A DNA stretch of 32,000 bases from Bacillus subtilis subsp. subtilis str. 168. Lineage in GTDB: Bacteria > Bacillota > Bacilli > Bacillales > Bacillaceae. The stretch is taken from the NCBI RefSeq assembly GCF_000009045.1, contig NC_000964.3:690001-722000 (forward strand), given 5' to 3'. A program made the position numbers and the translations under genes. Below the pieces are notes generated by a model. The model had not been told where the DNA came from, made no database searches, and saw only the letters and a list, made by a program, of their open reading frames with translations. This document shows, piece by piece, positions 18,598 through 28,621 of this stretch (the first letter of the stretch is position 1; each line of letters begins with the position of its first letter).

Positions 18598-20132
18598 CCA
18601 TTAAACGTGCATTAATCAGTGTTTCAGATAAAACAAATCTCGTTCCTTTCGTAAAAGAACTGACAGAGCTTGGCGTTGAAGTCATCTCCACAGGCGGAAC
18701 GAAAAAGCTTCTTCAAGAAAACGGTGTGGATGTGATCGGAATTTCTGAAGTGACAGGCTTTCCTGAAATTATGGACGGCCGGTTAAAAACCCTACACCCG
18801 AATATTCACGGCGGCCTTCTGGCGGTTCGCGGCAATGAAGAGCATATGGCGCAGATCAATGAACACGGGATTCAGCCGATTGACCTCGTTGTCGTCAACC
18901 TCTATCCATTTAAAGAAACGATTTCTAAAGAAGACGTCACGTATGAAGAAGCGATCGAAAATATCGACATCGGCGGACCTGGCATGCTGCGCGCGGCATC
19001 AAAGAACCATCAGGATGTCACGGTTATCGTCGATCCGGCCGATTACAGCCCAGTGCTAAATCAAATCAAAGAAGAAGGCAGCGTATCTCTTCAGAAAAAA
19101 CGCGAGCTCGCGGCAAAAGTATTCCGTCATACTGCGGCATATGATGCACTGATCGCTGACTATCTGACAAATGTTGTCGGTGAAAAAGAACCAGAGCAAT
19201 TCACTGTGACATTTGAGAAAAAACAATCGCTTCGCTATGGAGAAAACCCGCATCAGGAAGCAACTTTCTATCAAACAGCTCTTCCTGTCAAAGGCTCCAT
19301 TGCGCAAGCAGAACAGCTTCACGGAAAAGAGCTTTCTTACAACAACATTAAAGACGCGGATGCTGCAGTTCAAATCGTTCGTGAATTCACTGAACCGGCT
19401 GCTGTTGCTGTGAAGCATATGAACCCGTGCGGCGTGGGAACAGGAAAAACGATCGCAGAAGCGTTTGACAGAGCGTTTGAAGCGGATAAAACATCTATCT
19501 TCGGCGGCATTATCGCGCTGAACCGTGAAGTGGACAAGGCAACTGCCGAAGCGCTTCACAACATTTTCTTAGAAATCATCATTGCGCCTTCATTCAGCCA
19601 AGAAGCGCTCGACGTCCTGACTGCGAAGAAAAATCTCCGTCTGCTGACGCTTGACGTATCCGCCGCTGTTCAAAAGGAAAAACAGCTGACATCCGTTCAA
19701 GGCGGGCTGCTGATTCAAGATTTAGATATGCACGGCTTCGATGATGCTGAGATTAGCATTCCGACAAAAAGAGAGCCGAACGAGCAAGAGTGGGAAGACT
19801 TGAAGCTTGCTTGGAAAGTCGTGAAGCATGTGAAATCAAATGCGATTGTTCTCGCGAAGGACAACATGACAGTCGGCGTGGGAGCAGGCCAAATGAACCG
19901 CGTCGGATCGGCAAAAATCGCAATCGAGCAAGCAGGGGAAAAAGCGAAGGGCAGCGCGCTCGGTTCGGATGCATATTTCCCAATGCCAGATACTGTCGAA
20001 GAAGCGGCAAAAGCGGGCGTTACAGCCATCATTCAGCCAGGCGGATCGATCCGAGATGAGGATTCCATCAAAAAAGCGGATGAATACGGCATTGCCATGG
20101 TATTCACCGGCATCAGACACTTCAAACATTAA
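18594..20132 (+). CDS. purH: Bifunctional AICAR transformylase / IMP cyclohydrolase
   Basis: 512 aa with an ATGA overlap with purN. It has an MGS-like N-terminal domain (ALISVSDKT) and an AICARFT domain. Confidence 0.97.
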   Translation: MTIKRALISVSDKTNLVPFVKELTELGVEVISTGGTKKLLQENGVDVIGISEVTGFPEIMDGRLKTLHPNIHGGLLAVRGNEEHMAQINEHGIQPIDLVVVNLYPFKETISKEDVTYEEAIENIDIGGPGMLRAASKNHQDVTVIVDPADYSPVLNQIKEEGSVSLQKKRELAAKVFRHTAAYDALIADYLTNVVGEKEPEQFTVTFEKKQSLRYGENPHQEATFYQTALPVKGSIAQAEQLHGKELSYNNIKDADAAVQIVREFTEPAAVAVKHMNPCGVGTGKTIAEAFDRAFEADKTSIFGGIIALNREVDKATAEALHNIFLEIIIAPSFSQEALDVLTAKKNLRLLTLDVSAAVQKEKQLTSVQGGLLIQDLDMHGFDDAEISIPTKREPNEQEWEDLKLAWKVVKHVKSNAIVLAKDNMTVGVGAGQMNRVGSAKIAIEQAGEKAKGSALGSDAYFPMPDTVEEAAKAGVTAIIQPGGSIRDEDSIKKADEYGIAMVFTGIRHFKH

Positions 20133-21416
<1,284 letters not shown>

Positions 21417-21422
21417 GTGAGG

Positions 21423-21452
21423 AAAACCCGCAGAATAGCTGCGGGTTTTTTG
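21423..21452. terminator. Bidirectional intrinsic terminator shared by purD and convergent yezC
   Basis: CCCGCAG 21427-21433 pairs with CTGCGGG 21439-21445 around a 5-nt loop. It is flanked by an A4 run and a T6 run. Confidence 0.9.
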
Positions 21453-21455
21453 TTA

Positions 21456-21875
21456 TCAAAAAGCGGGATGGCAGCTAGAAGAAGAAAGCACAACGAGCGT
21501 GGTTGGTTTTCCATGGGCCATCGAGGTGTCAATAAAATCCTCAAGCGTATGTACCGATTCAGTCACGACCTTTGTCACATAGCTGTACATCCCCGTGATG
21601 CGGTGGTTTTCTGCTACATCAGGATGCGATGTTGCAAAGGCGGCGTAGTGCTTGCAGCTTTTCGGCTCCATGAGAATAAAAGCGGTGACATGCTTGTTTA
21701 GTTTTTCGTAACAGATATTCGCGCTGTAGCCGGTAATCACTCCTTTGTCTTCCAGCTTCCTGACACGCTCCGCCGCGCTTGGCGAGCTGAGTCCGACAAG
21801 CTTTCCCAGCTCAACCATCGTTAATCTGCCGTTTCGCTGCAAATGCGAGAGAATCTGAAGGTCTGTATCGTCCAT
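21456..21875 (-). CDS. yezC: Lrp/AsnC-family transcriptional regulator
   Basis: 139 aa with SD AAAGGAG upstream. It has an N-terminal HTH (DLQILSHLQRNGRLTMVELGKLVGLSSPSAAERVRKLE) and a C-terminal RAM/AsnC_trans_reg-like domain. Confidence 0.92.
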   Translation of the reverse strand: MDDTDLQILSHLQRNGRLTMVELGKLVGLSSPSAAERVRKLEDKGVITGYSANICYEKLNKHVTAFILMEPKSCKHYAAFATSHPDVAENHRITGMYSYVTKVVTESVHTLEDFIDTSMAHGKPTTLVVLSSSSCHPAF

Positions 21876-21953
21876 TTGTCTGGCTCCTTTACATATTTAG
21901 GCGAATGAATGAAAATTCCTTTGATCGTAAGGTAATGCTGTTGATTTAACTTC

Positions 21954-21962
21954 ATTGTAGCA
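21954..21962 (-). promoter_or_regulatory. Candidate extended -10 (TGcTACAAT) for yezC
   Basis: The reverse complement of 21954-21962 reads TGCTACAAT. The -35 is poor. Confidence 0.4.
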
Positions 21963-21985
21963 TATGGATGCCGTCTTATTTTTTC

Positions 21986-21991
21986 TATAAT
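21986..21991 (+). promoter_or_regulatory. Candidate -10 (TATAAT) for yecA
   Basis: Perfect TATAAT about 28 nt upstream of the yecA start, back-to-back with the yezC -10. No good -35. Confidence 0.35.
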
Positions 21992-22018
21992 AAAGCCATC
22001 AATCAGAGAGGGGGCATC

Positions 22019-23293
22019 ATGTTGCCAGAATTGCAGCGCTCTATTACTTGGATACAAGGGACGGCGTTAACGATTGGGGCGGTTTTAGGATGCGGGATAT
22101 TAATCCTGCCGTCTGTCACCGCGGACACGGCCGGCCCCGCTTCTTTATTTGTTTGGGTGTTCATGTCCTTCTTATCCTTTTTTCTTGTCGGCACGCTGGC
22201 CCGGCTTGTGAAAATAGCGCCTAGCGCGGGAGGAATCACGGCTTATGTGCAGCTGGCCTTTCAGAAAAAAGCCGGGGCTATTTTGGGCTGGATCATGTTA
22301 GGGTCCGTTCCGATCGGCGTTCCCATCATCGCTTTGACTGGCGCGCATTACGTCAGTTACATCACAGAGGCGGCCGATTGGCAGATTACATTGATTGCTG
22401 GTTGCATGCTGGCTATATCTATTTTGCTTCATATGAGAGGGATTCAACTATCAGCAAACATTAGTACACTCGTTATATGTGTCATCGTATTTCTGCTTGT
22501 CACTTCTATTGCTGTGTCATTGCCACACGTCACGATAGCAGAATTCAAGCCGTTTCTTCCGCATGGCTGGTCTGCCGCTGGATCTGTTTCTGTTATGATT
22601 TTTTTCTCTTTTGTAGGCTGGGAAATGATTACCCCGTTGGCTGAGGAATTTCATCGTCCTGAAAAAGATGTCCCGCTCAGCTTGTTTTTGGCAGCGTCTT
22701 GTGTGGCGGGGCTGTATATCATGCTGTCATTTGTGACCGTGGGTACTCATTCATATGGAGAGAATGGAGAAATTGCATCGCTTGCCATGCTCATTTCAAA
22801 AGGAGCAGGAGAAAGCGGTGTATATGTCACGGTATGTTTAGCGCTGTTTATTACATTCGCCACCATCCATGCCAATATTGCCGGTTTTTCAAGAATGGTG
22901 TACGCATTGGCGAGAGAGGGGCACATACCCGTATTTTTTGGAAAACTCAGTGCGACAAAACGTACGCCTATTCGCGTTTTGACAGCGATGGCCGCAGTGT
23001 TTGGCTTAGTGCTTGCAGCGCATGGTCTGTTTCAAATCGATTTGACGACTCTGTTGAAAGGGCCGAGCGCGGCTTTTATCGCATCTTACATATGTACAAT
23101 GGCGGCAGCACTGAAACTGCTGGGCAGGAGAGATATAGGCTGGTGGATGGCGCTCGGGGCATTTGTGGCGTGCGCGGTGATTTATTCATTCAGCGGCTGG
23201 GCACTGCTTTATCCGGCAGTGCTGGCAGCTGCAGGATATTTCTATATGAAAACAAAGGGTGGGCATAAAAAAAAGCTTGATCACGTTTTGTGA
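22019..23293 (+). CDS. yecA: APC-superfamily amino-acid permease
   Basis: 424 aa from ATG 22019, with SD AGAGGGGG 22007-22014 (ORF-track start 21968 lacks an SD). About 12 TM helices. Confidence 0.9.
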   Translation: MLPELQRSITWIQGTALTIGAVLGCGILILPSVTADTAGPASLFVWVFMSFLSFFLVGTLARLVKIAPSAGGITAYVQLAFQKKAGAILGWIMLGSVPIGVPIIALTGAHYVSYITEAADWQITLIAGCMLAISILLHMRGIQLSANISTLVICVIVFLLVTSIAVSLPHVTIAEFKPFLPHGWSAAGSVSVMIFFSFVGWEMITPLAEEFHRPEKDVPLSLFLAASCVAGLYIMLSFVTVGTHSYGENGEIASLAMLISKGAGESGVYVTVCLALFITFATIHANIAGFSRMVYALAREGHIPVFFGKLSATKRTPIRVLTAMAAVFGLVLAAHGLFQIDLTTLLKGPSAAFIASYICTMAAALKLLGRRDIGWWMALGAFVACAVIYSFSGWALLYPAVLAAAGYFYMKTKGGHKKKLDHVL

Positions 23294-23303
23294 TCAAGCT
23301 TTT
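23271..23303. terminator. Bidirectional terminator between yecA and convergent yezD
   Basis: Perfect 14-bp inverted repeat: AAAAGCTTGATCAC 23271-23284 pairs with GTGATCAAGCTTTT 23290-23303. It overlaps the yecA stop codon. Confidence 0.8.
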
Positions 23304-23307
23304 CCAT

Positions 23308-23535
23308 TTATCCGTTTTGATGCTCGTTATTTCCAGAATCGCTGTGTTGAAACATGTAGGTCACAGGACAGAAGCGCAAGATTCCCGAACCCGCTTTCAT
23401 GGCCCCCATAAAGATGTAAAAGAGATGCATTCTGCACCAAGGTTTTTTCGTAAACTTTGCACTGGCGGCTGACATAATCGTCAATCCGCAGGCGATTCTG
23501 AACACGGCATTGATGAGACTGATGTTTGGCTTCAA
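23308..23535 (-). CDS. yezD: Small two-TM membrane protein, DUF2892 (YgaP-like TM domain) type
   Basis: 75 aa from TTG 23535, with GGAG on the reverse strand at 23545-23548 and 9-nt spacing. An internal ATG at 23475 would give 55 aa but would remove the first predicted helix. The C-terminal motif is RFCPV. Confidence 0.7.
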   Translation of the reverse strand: MKPNISLINAVFRIACGLTIMSAASAKFTKKPWCRMHLFYIFMGAMKAGSGILRFCPVTYMFQHSDSGNNEHQNG

Positions 23536-23663
23536 GGAAATCCGCTCCTTTTACTTAAAAAAGTTTTTTAATCGAACCTTCAAAAATTTGTAACGTTTTT
23601 ATCGTGCGTGATGAGGAAGGATGTGATACCATGAGTCTAATACATGTAAAGGAGAGTATGTGA

Positions 23664-25406
23664 ATGTCCGAACGCACCTTTAACTGGAAAAACAAAGACA
23701 TCAGGGCACAGGTTGATGTTGTAGACTCAAAGCTGCTTCCAACGCTCCTTTTACGGAATGCTCTCGTCTTAAATCCATATGTAAAACAATGGCTGAAAAA
23801 AAACATTTGGATTTATCAGGACCGCATTGTTTATGTGGGTCATGAACTTCCGAATAGAGCCGAAGAAATTCATACGATTGATTGTGAAGGAAAATACATT
23901 GTGCCAGGTTATATTGAACCGCACGCACATCCTTTTCAAATATATAATCCCCAAACACTGGCGGAATATGTGTCTCAATACGGAACAACGACATTCGTGA
24001 ATGATAACTTATTTTTGCTTTTGCAAAGCGGAAAAAAGAAAGCGCTTACGATTTTGAATGAACTCAAAAAGCAGCCTGTCCAGTATTTTTGGTGGTCACG
24101 CTATGACCTCCAGACCGAGGTTCTGAACGAGGACCACGTCCTTCCATTTGACGTCAGAAAACAGTGGATTGAACATCCGGATGTGATTCAAGGCGGAGAA
24201 ATGACCGGATGGCCTCGCCTGGTAGATGGTGATGATTTAATGCTCCACTGTATGCAAGCTACAAAGAAACAGAGAAAACGTATTGAAGGGCATTTTCCCG
24301 GCGCTTCTGATAAAACGCTTACAAAAATGAAGCTGTTCGGTGCGGATTGTGATCATGAAGCGATGACAGGTGATGAAGTGATGAGAAGGCTGGAACTGGG
24401 CTATTATGTTTCCCTTCGGAACTCTTCCATTCGCCCCGATGTAAGAAAAATCTTGCAAGAGCTGCATGAGAAGGGCTTCCGCTATTATGACCACTTCTTT
24501 TACACGACAGATGGCGCAACCCCGAATTTCTATAAAGGCGGCATGACAAACGAGCTGATTCGCATTGCGTTAGAAGAAGGCGTACCTGCAATCGACGCCT
24601 ACAATATGGCATCATTTAATATCGCAAAGTATTACCAAATGGATGATTATTTAGGAGTTGTCGGACCGGGCAGACTGGCATCGCTAAACATACTGGAAGA
24701 TCCGTTAAATCCGAATCCAGTGACTGTTCTGTCAAAAGGGACCATTCTGCGTGAAAACGGCTGTGATTTGAAGGCGTTTACAAAGACGGACTGGCACAAA
24801 GGCGGTCTTGTCCCGCTTGAGCTTTCATATGATATGACGATGGATGACTTGCAGTTTTCTATGCCGATGGGCGTGAAAATGCGGAATGCGGTTATTATGG
24901 AGCCATATATGATTGAGATCGACAATTCGATGGAACAGCTCTCGTTTGACCATGATGAAAGTTATTTGACGATGCTCGACAGACACGGGAAATGGCGCGT
25001 CAATACGATGATAAAAGGGTTTGCCTCAAGCGTGCAGGGATTTGTAAGCTCCTTTACGACGACGGGCGACATTGTCGCGATTGGAAAAAATAAAGCGGAT
25101 ATGCTGCTCGCTTTCGCCCGCATGAAAGAAATCGGAGGAGGAATTGTTTTAGCGGAGAACGGAAACATTCTGCATGAAATCCCGCTTGCGCTGTGCGGCT
25201 GCGCCTCTTCGGAAGCGTATGAAGACGTGCTTGAGAAGGAACAAAAGCTGAGAGATCTTTTGACTGAAAGAGGCTATGAGTTTTGCGATCCTATCTATAC
25301 GCTGCTCTTTTTGCAAAGTACGCACCTTCCGTATATACGCATTACGCCAAGAGGAATATTCGACGTCATGAAAAAAACTGTACTCTTTCCATCGATAATG
25401 CGTTAA
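23664..25406 (+). CDS. yerA: Adenine-deaminase-like amidohydrolase paralogue (function unproven)
   Basis: 580 aa with SD AAAGGAG 23648-23654. The N-terminal amidohydrolase HxH motif is PGYIEPHAHP. Length and architecture resemble the AdeC family. Confidence 0.9.
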   Translation: MSERTFNWKNKDIRAQVDVVDSKLLPTLLLRNALVLNPYVKQWLKKNIWIYQDRIVYVGHELPNRAEEIHTIDCEGKYIVPGYIEPHAHPFQIYNPQTLAEYVSQYGTTTFVNDNLFLLLQSGKKKALTILNELKKQPVQYFWWSRYDLQTEVLNEDHVLPFDVRKQWIEHPDVIQGGEMTGWPRLVDGDDLMLHCMQATKKQRKRIEGHFPGASDKTLTKMKLFGADCDHEAMTGDEVMRRLELGYYVSLRNSSIRPDVRKILQELHEKGFRYYDHFFYTTDGATPNFYKGGMTNELIRIALEEGVPAIDAYNMASFNIAKYYQMDDYLGVVGPGRLASLNILEDPLNPNPVTVLSKGTILRENGCDLKAFTKTDWHKGGLVPLELSYDMTMDDLQFSMPMGVKMRNAVIMEPYMIEIDNSMEQLSFDHDESYLTMLDRHGKWRVNTMIKGFASSVQGFVSSFTTTGDIVAIGKNKADMLLAFARMKEIGGGIVLAENGNILHEIPLALCGCASSEAYEDVLEKEQKLRDLLTERGYEFCDPIYTLLFLQSTHLPYIRITPRGIFDVMKKTVLFPSIMR

Positions 25407-25432
25407 AATATAAAAGAGCAGGGAGCCGACAT

Positions 25433-26428
25433 ATGAAAAAATGGATGACAGTTTGCGCGCTGTGTTTCGTGTTTTTTCTGCTGGTATCCTGCCAGCAGAA
25501 GGATGCTGTCCCGGATACTGCAAAGAAGCTGAAAGCTCCTTTAACGGGGCTAAAGACTGAACAGAAAGTGACTGAACGCCGCCCTGTTGCTGTTGTGGTG
25601 AACAATCACCCGAAGGCGAGGCCGCAGTCGGGTCTGTCTAAAGCCGACATTGTCATAGAAGCGCTAGCCGAAGGGCAAATCACAAGATTTCTGGCCATTT
25701 TCCAAAGCCAGATGCCTGAAACTGTCGGACCTGTGCGGAGCGCGCGGGAATATTTCGTCACTCTCAGCAATGGCTTTGACAGCATATTTGTCCATCACGG
25801 CTGGAGTCCCGGCGCCAAAAAGCAGCTGGAATCCGGAGCTGCCGATTATATGAACGGATTGGATTTTGACGGAAGCTTATTTTGGAGAGCTGATTTCAGC
25901 AAACCGCCCCACAATTCCTATACGTCTTATGATTACATAAAAAAGGCGGCAGAACAAAAGGGTTATAAGCTGAAGCAGGAAACAAATCCGCTGCTGTTTC
26001 AAACATCAGATGCAAAACCTGCAAATGAATCTTACAATGTTCGGGTAGATTATGGAACAAATAACGTTACAAATCTTGTCGAATACAACTATGATAAAAA
26101 AGCTGAATTTTATACAAGAAGCTCTGATGGTGTCATAACGACAGACCGGGAAACCGGAAAGCCGGTTGCAATGCAAAATATTTTCATTGTTGAAGCCAGC
26201 CATCATATTATTGATCAAGATGGAAGGCGGGACATCGACTTGGAATCAGGAGGAAAAGGTCTGTTGTTTCAGCACGGAAACGTCATTGAAACAGACTGGA
26301 AACAAGTGAATGGCAGAATTGTGCCGGTAAAAGACGGCAAGTGGCTTCCGTTTGTGCCAGGAAAGACTTGGATCAATATCGTACCTGATCTTGATGCGGC
26401 TTCCATTAGTAAAGGAGAAGGTGTGTAA
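25433..26428 (+). CDS. yerB: Lipoprotein, DUF3048 family
   Basis: 331 aa from ATG 25433, with SD GGGAG 25421-25425 (ORF-track start 25283 overlaps yerA). The signal peptide has the lipobox LLVSC (MKKWMTVCALCFVFFLLVSC). Confidence 0.9.
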   Translation: MKKWMTVCALCFVFFLLVSCQQKDAVPDTAKKLKAPLTGLKTEQKVTERRPVAVVVNNHPKARPQSGLSKADIVIEALAEGQITRFLAIFQSQMPETVGPVRSAREYFVTLSNGFDSIFVHHGWSPGAKKQLESGAADYMNGLDFDGSLFWRADFSKPPHNSYTSYDYIKKAAEQKGYKLKQETNPLLFQTSDAKPANESYNVRVDYGTNNVTNLVEYNYDKKAEFYTRSSDGVITTDRETGKPVAMQNIFIVEASHHIIDQDGRRDIDLESGGKGLLFQHGNVIETDWKQVNGRIVPVKDGKWLPFVPGKTWINIVPDLDAASISKGEGV

Positions 26429-26430
26429 CG

Positions 26431-26745
26431 ATGCAAATCGATAAATTACGCGGCAAAGAGCTGGACCAGTTATTTAACTCGATCTTATCGCTGAAAGACC
26501 TGGAGGAATGTTACCGATTCTTCGATGATCTATGCACAATTAACGAAATTCAATCGCTGGCTCAGCGCCTTGAAGTGGCGCGCATGCTTCGCGAAGGAAA
26601 CACGTATCATAAGATTGAAACAGAAACAGGCGCTTCCACGGCTACGATTTCCCGTGTGAAACGCTGCTTAAATTACGGAAATGACGCTTATGAAATGGCG
26701 CTTGACCGTGTGAAGGAGACGGAAACAGAGTCTTCTTCCAAATAA
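26431..26745 (+). CDS. yerC: TrpR-like YerC/YecD-family DNA-binding protein
   Basis: 104 aa, starting 2 nt after the yerB stop. It carries a Trp-repressor-like HTH (TYHKIETETGASTATISRVKRCL). Confidence 0.9.
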   Translation: MQIDKLRGKELDQLFNSILSLKDLEECYRFFDDLCTINEIQSLAQRLEVARMLREGNTYHKIETETGASTATISRVKRCLNYGNDAYEMALDRVKETETESSSK

Positions 26746-26781
26746 AAAACCGCCCTGCCGTCTGGCAAGGGCGGTTTCTTT
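26745..26781. terminator. Bidirectional terminator between yerC and convergent yerD
   Basis: CCGCCCTGCC 26750-26759 pairs with GGCAAGGGCGG 26764-26774 (one bulged A). It is flanked by A and T runs. Confidence 0.85.
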
Positions 26782-28357
26782 ATGAAACAAATTGATGGAT
26801 CAGGTTGTCGATATTGATGATACTGCCATCCTCTTTCCGATAGACAACATGCTCCTTGGAAAAATGAATCGGCGAATTAATCCCTGCTGCGGCTGCAAGG
26901 TTAAATAGTCCCTCGCGCAATGAAATAACGTAGTTGCAGACACGATGCTGTTTTTCCTCAACGCTCAGTGCTTTTTGCAATTTCGGATCTGTCGTCGCCA
27001 CACCTGCCGGACAGGTGTTGGTGTGGCAGACGAGAGCGCGGATGCAGCCAACGGAAAACATCATGCCGCGTGCGATGTTAACAAAGTCAGCGCCGAGGGC
27101 TAAGGCGACCGCGATTTTATCAGGAGTCAGGAGCTTTCCGGAAGCAAAGATTTTCAGCTGGCTGCGCAAGCCGTACTGTTTAAGAAGCGTGTCCACAATA
27201 GGCAGCGCTGTCATAATCGGAAGGCCGACTGTATCCGCGAGCTCGTAAAAGGAAGCTCCGGTACCGCCTTCACTTCCGTCGATCGTGATAAAATCCGGAT
27301 GCTTTCCGCTTTTCTGCATATGAGAGAAAAGCTCATGCAATTCTTCAGGATGCCCTGCGACCAGTTTGATGCCGACTGGCTTTTGTCCGACATCTCTAAG
27401 TTTTTCAATAAAGTCGAGCATTTCAGGAGGGTTTGAGAATTCATAAAAGCGGTTCGGGCTGTCAATCGACTTTCCAGGTTCGACATTCCGAATGTCTGCC
27501 ACTTCCTCTGATACTTTGGCGCCGTCCACATGGCCGCCGCGGGTTTTCGCTCCTTGTGCCAGCTTTAGCTCAAACGCTTTAATCTGGTCAATCCTGCTTT
27601 TTCTTTTAAATTCCTCCCACGAAAATTCCCCGTTTCTTTTGCGCACGCCGAATAGGCCCGGTCCGATTTGGCAAATGATATCGGCGCCGCCCTTTAAGTG
27701 ATATTCAGACAATCCCCCTTCACCTGTATTCATCCAGGTGCCGCCTGCCAGATGGAGCCCTTTTGAGAGCGCCGTAACAGCCCGTTCTCCAAGAGAACCG
27801 TAGCTCATGGCAGACTGGCCGACTAAGCCCTTCACATAAAATGGCTTCTCGCATGTATGCTCGCCAATCACCTGTACATCATCAGGATGGAGAAAATACG
27901 GGTCTGCCTTGATATGTTCGGCATGCTCCTTGCGTTTGAACAGATTGTCAGCATCCATTTTATAGATTTGGGTTTCAATTTTTGGCGTTTGATTTACATG
28001 CATTTCTTCCCTTTGTTTTGGAAACATAGCGTTACGGATATAATAGCCAGGTTTATCAAAATCTCTTACAGATCCAAAGCCCATCATTCTGCTTTTGTAT
28101 TTGCCGGAGATGACGGTTTGCTCATATTCCTTTCGTGAAAATGGCTGCTCTTCATTGTCATTGCTGTATAAATACTGTCTGAGCTCCGGCCCGATTTTTT
28201 CAAGGATATACCGAAACCTTCCGATGACGGGATAGTTGCGAAGAATTGAGTGCTCCTGCTGTTTTTCATCCTTTATGTAGATCCAGGCAAACAAGACGAT
28301 CGGGATAGCGATGATCCCAATGATAAATGCGATGAGTGCTATTATGATGGTTTCCAT
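26780..28357 (-). CDS. yerD: Membrane-anchored glutamate-synthase-like FMN / 3Fe-4S domain protein
   Basis: 525 aa with SD GGGAGG. It has an N-terminal TM helix (IIIALIAFIIGIIAIPIVLFAWIYI). The GltS FMN-domain motif is DGSEGGTGAS and the Cys triad is CIRALVCHTNTCPAGVATTD. Confidence 0.92.
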   Translation of the reverse strand: METIIIALIAFIIGIIAIPIVLFAWIYIKDEKQQEHSILRNYPVIGRFRYILEKIGPELRQYLYSNDNEEQPFSRKEYEQTVISGKYKSRMMGFGSVRDFDKPGYYIRNAMFPKQREEMHVNQTPKIETQIYKMDADNLFKRKEHAEHIKADPYFLHPDDVQVIGEHTCEKPFYVKGLVGQSAMSYGSLGERAVTALSKGLHLAGGTWMNTGEGGLSEYHLKGGADIICQIGPGLFGVRKRNGEFSWEEFKRKSRIDQIKAFELKLAQGAKTRGGHVDGAKVSEEVADIRNVEPGKSIDSPNRFYEFSNPPEMLDFIEKLRDVGQKPVGIKLVAGHPEELHELFSHMQKSGKHPDFITIDGSEGGTGASFYELADTVGLPIMTALPIVDTLLKQYGLRSQLKIFASGKLLTPDKIAVALALGADFVNIARGMMFSVGCIRALVCHTNTCPAGVATTDPKLQKALSVEEKQHRVCNYVISLREGLFNLAAAAGINSPIHFSKEHVVYRKEDGSIINIDNLIHQFVS

Positions 28358-28555
28358 CTCTCAGCCTCCCTTTTTATGTAACCATTTCCACAGTAGAACA
28401 CTTTCCAAACAATAGCAGAAGGAATCTGGTGAAAAATGTGTGCTCCTGCCGATACAGGACTCACCATGCAGGTACTGCCATATGCTCTCTTTTTTTATGA
28501 AAAAAGAATCAAAACACCTTTTTCAGTGAATAACGAGATTAACGGCTTTTTCCGT

Positions 28556-28584
28556 TTTTCCGCGCTATGTGAATTTGTTATAAT
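28556..28584 (+). promoter_or_regulatory. Candidate pcrB promoter with extended -10
   Basis: TGtTATAAT (TG 28576-28577, TATAAT 28579-28584). The -35 TTTTCC at 28556-28561 is weak. Confidence 0.5.
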
Positions 28585-28621
28585 GTTTAAATGGTAACAA
28601 ACGAATGGAGGAACGTATGAC

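Noticed and set aside
19056-19559. Long antisense or off-frame ORFs inside well-supported genes. Examples are 19056-19559(-), 4700-5185(-), 8859-9353(-), 15462-15911(-), 20330-20746(-) and 22699-23268(+).
   Set aside because: These are shadow ORFs typical of coding DNA with biased codon usage. They have Cys/Arg/Ser-rich or hydrophobic nonsense composition and no SD at sensible spacing, and each lies wholly inside a conserved gene.
23573-23606. Possible PurBox (TTAATCGAACCTT, CGAAC at 23573-23577) upstream of the adenine-deaminase-like yerA.
   Set aside because: The two genuine operators in this window have an inverted GTTCG partner exactly 24 nt downstream. Here that position (23602-23606) reads TCGTG. 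A single half-site in AT-rich DNA is not enough.
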